This document shows positions 33,295-36,843 of a stretch of 36,843 nucleotides of DNA, piece after piece; position 1 is the stretch's first letter; each line of letters starts with the position of its first letter. Position numbers and translations under genes: made by a program. Origin of the DNA: Macrostomum lignano (Eukaryota); contig NIVC01004730.1 of NCBI GenBank assembly GCA_002269645.1, forward strand, positions 1-36,843, written 5' to 3'. The notes below the pieces were generated by a model, which had not been told where the DNA came from, made no database searches, and saw only the letters and a program-made list of their open reading frames with translations.

Positions 33295-34050
33295 ATATCC
33301 TTTTGACATTGCTCAGTAGTGCTGCTGTACGTTATGCATTGTCAATATATCAATTATACTAGGTGGCATTTTTCGTTTTTAAATCATTTTTGTCAAAGAT
33401 TTTAGTTTTCAACAAAAGGATTAAGACGTTACTAATGAGACACATAAAATATTACGTAAGCGTGTACATCTGTAGATACACAGACGTTGACGTCACTTTT
33501 TGTATGCTATAAATATACATATGCAAGGATCTAATATTTATTTATAGCATAGAATACAATATAGATAGAAGATTTAACTTAACATTATGTATTTATTAAA
33601 AGAACTGTCTTTTATAGTAAAAATTATCACAAATGTTTACGTTTTGACTTGTTTGATAATAATTAGCGAAGTGAATTGGGTGTCATTTGTTAGTTTTTAA
33701 AAAAAAACATGAAGGATGTCATGAAAATTTGTTTAATATAAAGAGCTAAAGCATAAGTTCTGAACTACAAGCTGTGGGTATTATGGTTTTAAATCCAATA
33801 AATCAATTTACATTTTACAAACGATTCACCATACACCTAACCATTCAAAGATATTTTGCTAATTACTATTTTTTAAACTTTGATTTTAGCCATATTTATA
33901 ACAGATTATAACTTTATATCGTCTTTAGAAGTTATGTTTGATTAATTTCATAAATTTTACCACGGTGCTACTTAACCTAATTAATAATCGAAAAATTATC
34001 ATTATTTTTATTTTTCTTAACCGCGCACTTTTGAATCGCAACCCTGACAC
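33295..34050 (+). other. U12-type (minor spliceosome) AT-AC intron, phase 0
   Basis: The 5' site is |ATATCCTTTT, a branch-point-like TTTTCTTAAC lies at 34012-34021, and the 3' end is ...GACAC|. Removal gives VRVRPF-NERERTR. Confidence 0.88.
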
Positions 34051-34239
34051 AATGAGCGCGAGAGGACTCGCGGCAGCAAGCTCATCATCAAGATGGACGG
34101 CACCCAGACTGTCATCACCGACCCGGCCAGCGGCCAGGATAAAAAATTTGCCTTCGATTATTCCTATTGGTCACACGACGGCTTCACGGAGCAGGCAAAC
34201 GGCTACTTTGCCCCGGCCAACCCCAAGTACGCTGATCAG
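34051..34239 (+). CDS. KIF28: Kinesin-3 (KIF28/KLP-6-like), coding exon 2
   Basis: Reads NERERTRGSKLIIKMDG...KKFAFDYSYWSHDGF...KYADQ, followed by a GTGAGA donor at 34240. The FDYSYWSHDGF segment is characteristic of KIF28/KLP-6. Confidence 0.9.
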
Positions 34240-34291
34240 GTGAGAGATTTGGCCGGTTGCTCCTGGCGTGCCATGCAACTTCAGATTCCTA

Positions 34292-34595
34292 CAGTGAGCT
34301 GCCATCCCCATCTCACCAATCCTTCAGTGAGCTGCCCTCCCCATCTCACCAATCCTTCAGTGATCTGCCATCCCCATCTCACCAATCCTTCAGTGATCTG
34401 CCATCCCCATCTCACCAATCCTTCAGTGAGCTGCCATCCCCATCTCACCAATCCTTCAGTGATCTGCCATCCCCATCTCACCAATCCTTCAGTGATCTGC
34501 CATCCCTATCTCACCAATCCTTCAGTGATCTGCCATCCCTATCTCACCAATCCTTCAGTGATCTGCCATCCCCATCTCACCAATCCTTCAGTGAT
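34292..34595 (+). repeat. Intronic 33-bp minisatellite, about 9 copies
   Basis: Unit CAGTGA(G/T)CTGCCATCCCCATCTCACCAATCCTT. Confidence 0.95.
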
Positions 34596-34662
34596 TAAGC
34601 ATATTTAGGAGTAAACTTCAATCATTCCAACGCTAAAATCCACTATCAATTCTCAATCGCAG

Positions 34663-34980
34663 CAAAAAGTATTCAACGACCTTGGCCGAGGCGTCCTTGA
34701 CAACGCCTGGGAGGGCTACAACTGCAGCCTGTTCGCCTACGGACAGACCGGTAGCGGCAAGAGCTACTCAATGATTGGCTACCAGGCCAACAAGGGCATT
34801 GTGCCCATCGCGTGCGAGGACCTGTTCAAAGCCATCGAGGCCAAGAAGCCGGAGATGAAAGCTGGCGAGGAATACCAGGTATCGCTGAGCATGATCGAGA
34901 TCTATAATGAGCAGGTGCGCGACCTTCTCGTGTCCAAAACTGTCAAAGGCGGCTTGAAAATTCGCCAGCACCCCAACAAG
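34663..34980 (+). CDS. KIF28: Kinesin-3 (KIF28/KLP-6-like), coding exon 3 with the P-loop
   Basis: Reads QKVFNDLG...GYNCSLFAYGQTGSGKSYSMIG...SMIEIYNEQVRDLL...KIRQHPNK. It is flanked by CGCAG| and |GTAAGT. Confidence 0.93.
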
Positions 34981-35653
34981 GTAAGTTGGAGATCTAGAGC
35001 AGGTTCAGGAGGTGGATGGTCGCTCGTCCGATAGCCCTTAGGTAGATATCTGGAGAGATCTGAGTTGGGGCCGAGGTAGGTGAGCCTGTCCTGAGTAAAG
35101 ACAGATTCGGTGTTCCACATTCTCAACACCGGAGAGGCAGAATGCGCATTCCTCGCTAGGGATTTTTCCCTGGAGGCGGCGATGCCTGGAAATACAGCGC
35201 CATGGCCCCCCGAGAGAGACAAGAAGGCATGATATTGGGGATTTTATGCTAAAAACTGACTAATTCCTATGCATACGAGCTAGATAGCTTACGAGTATCA
35301 AAACCGTCCTGAGAAACTCAAGGTCTCGTTGGTTGCAGAAACTTCAGCAGTCCTCGACTGCTATTGCCGTGCTGAACTCAACTGCTTTTCAATTATTTAT
35401 TGATGACTGAAGGCTTCAGTTTGTGCTTGGCTACTCTTCAGGTTTGAGAAGCTTTTCTATAGCCAAATCTTTTTTGAATTTCTGGTTCTTTAACTTACTC
35501 GTTAGAATTTGTTTGGAGGAAATTTCCTGCAGAAAAGTGGTTCTCTTTTGATGAGCTGTCAATGTTGTCAAAAACTGATCAATTCAGGATAAGTTGGTGG
35601 TGGTGGCGCGGGGCCCTCATTAACAGTCATATTAATCCAACTGATCACGGCAG

Positions 35654-35882
35654 GGCTTCTACGTCGAACAGCTGACCACCTCGCCCGTGAGCAGCTACGC
35701 TCAGATCGAGCCAAGATCGCCGAGGGCTCGCACAACCGCACCGTGGCGGCCACCAACATGAACGCCACCAGCAGCCGGGCGCACACCATCGTGGCCATCA
35801 GCTTCACGCAGAAGACCTTAGACGGCAGCGGGCAGAGCATGACACGGTCGTCTGTGATGAACCTGGTAGATCTGGCTGGCAG
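35654..35882 (+). CDS. KIF28: Kinesin-3 (KIF28/KLP-6-like), coding exon 4 (switch I to DLAG), with an apparent 1-nt deletion at ~35710
   Basis: Reads GFYVEQLTTSPVSSYAQIE, then (frameshift) KIAEGSHNRTVAATNMNATSSRAHTIV...VMNLVDLAG(S). It is flanked by GGCAG| and |GTGAAG. The gene continues beyond the window. Confidence 0.88.
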
Positions 35883-36067
35883 GTGAAGACAATTTTACAG
35901 TACAGATTGCGCAATTAGATGACCAGACTGCGCCTTTTCGGTCCAGGGTAGCAACCACACAGAGACAGATGGTCGAGAGCTGTTGACCCATCATTTATCC
36001 TCAAAAGTATGAGAAAAATCAATCATGTTCGTAGGTTAGAAGATTAGATAAGCAGCTCTCGAAAAAC

Positions 36068-36829
36068 CTTAGTGCTGGCGCCCCTTGGTGCTGGCGCCCC
36101 TTGGTGCTGGCGCCCCTTGGTGCTGGCGCCCCTTGGTGCTGGCGCCCCTTGTGCTGGCGCCCCTTGGTGCTGGCGCCCCTTGGTGCTGGCGCCCCTTGGT
36201 GCTGGCGCCCCTTGGTGCTGGCGCCCCTTGGTGCTGGCGCCCCTTGGTGCTGGCGCCCCTTGGTGCTGGCGCCCTTGGTGCTGGCGCCCCTTGGTGCTGG
36301 CGCCCCTTGGTGCTGGCGCCCCTTGGTGCTGGCGCCCCTTGGTGCTGGCGCCCTTGGTGCTGGCGCCCCTTGGTGCTGGCGCCCCTTGGTGCTGGCGCCC
36401 TTGGTGCTGGCGCCCCTTGGTGCTGGCGCCCCTTGGTGCTGGCGCCCCTTGGTGCTGGCGCCCCTTGGTGCTGGCGCCCCTTGGTGCTGGCGCCCCTTGG
36501 TGCTGGCGCCCCTTGGTGCTGGCGCCCCTTGGTGCTGGCGCCCTTGGTGCTGGCGCCCCTTGGTGCTGGCGCCCCTTGGTGCTGGCGCCCCTTGGTGCTG
36601 CGCCCCTTGGTGCTGGCGCCCTTGGTGCTGGCGCGCCCCTTGGTGCTGGCGCCCCTTGGTGCTGGCGCCCCTTGGTGCTGGCGCCCCTTGGTGCTGGCGC
36701 CCCTTGGTGCTGGCGCCCCTTGGTGCTGGCGCCCTTGGTGCTGGCGCCCCTTGGTGCTGGCGCCCTTGGTGCTGGCGCCCCTTGGTGCTGGCGCCCCTTG
36801 GTGCTGGCGCCCCTTGGTGCTGGCGCCCC
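36068..36829 (+). repeat. Intronic 16-bp minisatellite, roughly 47-48 copies
   Basis: Unit GGTGCTGGCGCCCCTT, with occasional single-base losses in the C run. Confidence 0.97.
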
Positions 36830-36843
36830 AGTAATGGCGCCCG

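Noticed and set aside
34257-34608. Repeat-rich ORFs extending kinesin exon 2
   Set aside because: They arise from the 33-bp intronic minisatellite after the GT donor at 34240.
36085-36834. 249-aa ORF (VLAPLGAGAPWCWRP repeats)
   Set aside because: It is a translation of the 16-bp intronic minisatellite, not a gene.

Overview
This is transposon-dense DNA from an invertebrate animal. The short GT-AG introns, intronic minisatellites and scattered single-base indels resemble long-read assemblies of the flatworm Macrostomum, but the organism is an inference. The first ~30 kb is a mosaic of mobile-element remnants: an I/Ingi-type LINE RNase H fragment, Tc1-like and CryptonA-like fragments, a Gypsy gag with PBS, a THAP-like multi-exon remnant, a PIF/Harbinger element, two inverted 177-bp tandem-repeat elements, an hAT element with a perfect 8-bp TSD and a deleted Merlin element. 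Two host genes lie at the right end: a two-exon cornichon (CNIH4-like) gene and the first four coding exons of a kinesin-3 (KIF28/KLP-6-like) gene. Two observations stand out. (1) A ~4.45-kb element (14933-19392) is bounded by a 10-bp direct repeat and long imperfect inverted ends, encodes a single divergent tyrosine recombinase, and sits between the convergent genes of a Harbinger element. (2) The kinesin gene has a U12-type AT-AC first intron. All alignments and family assignments were made by eye; no database searches were run.
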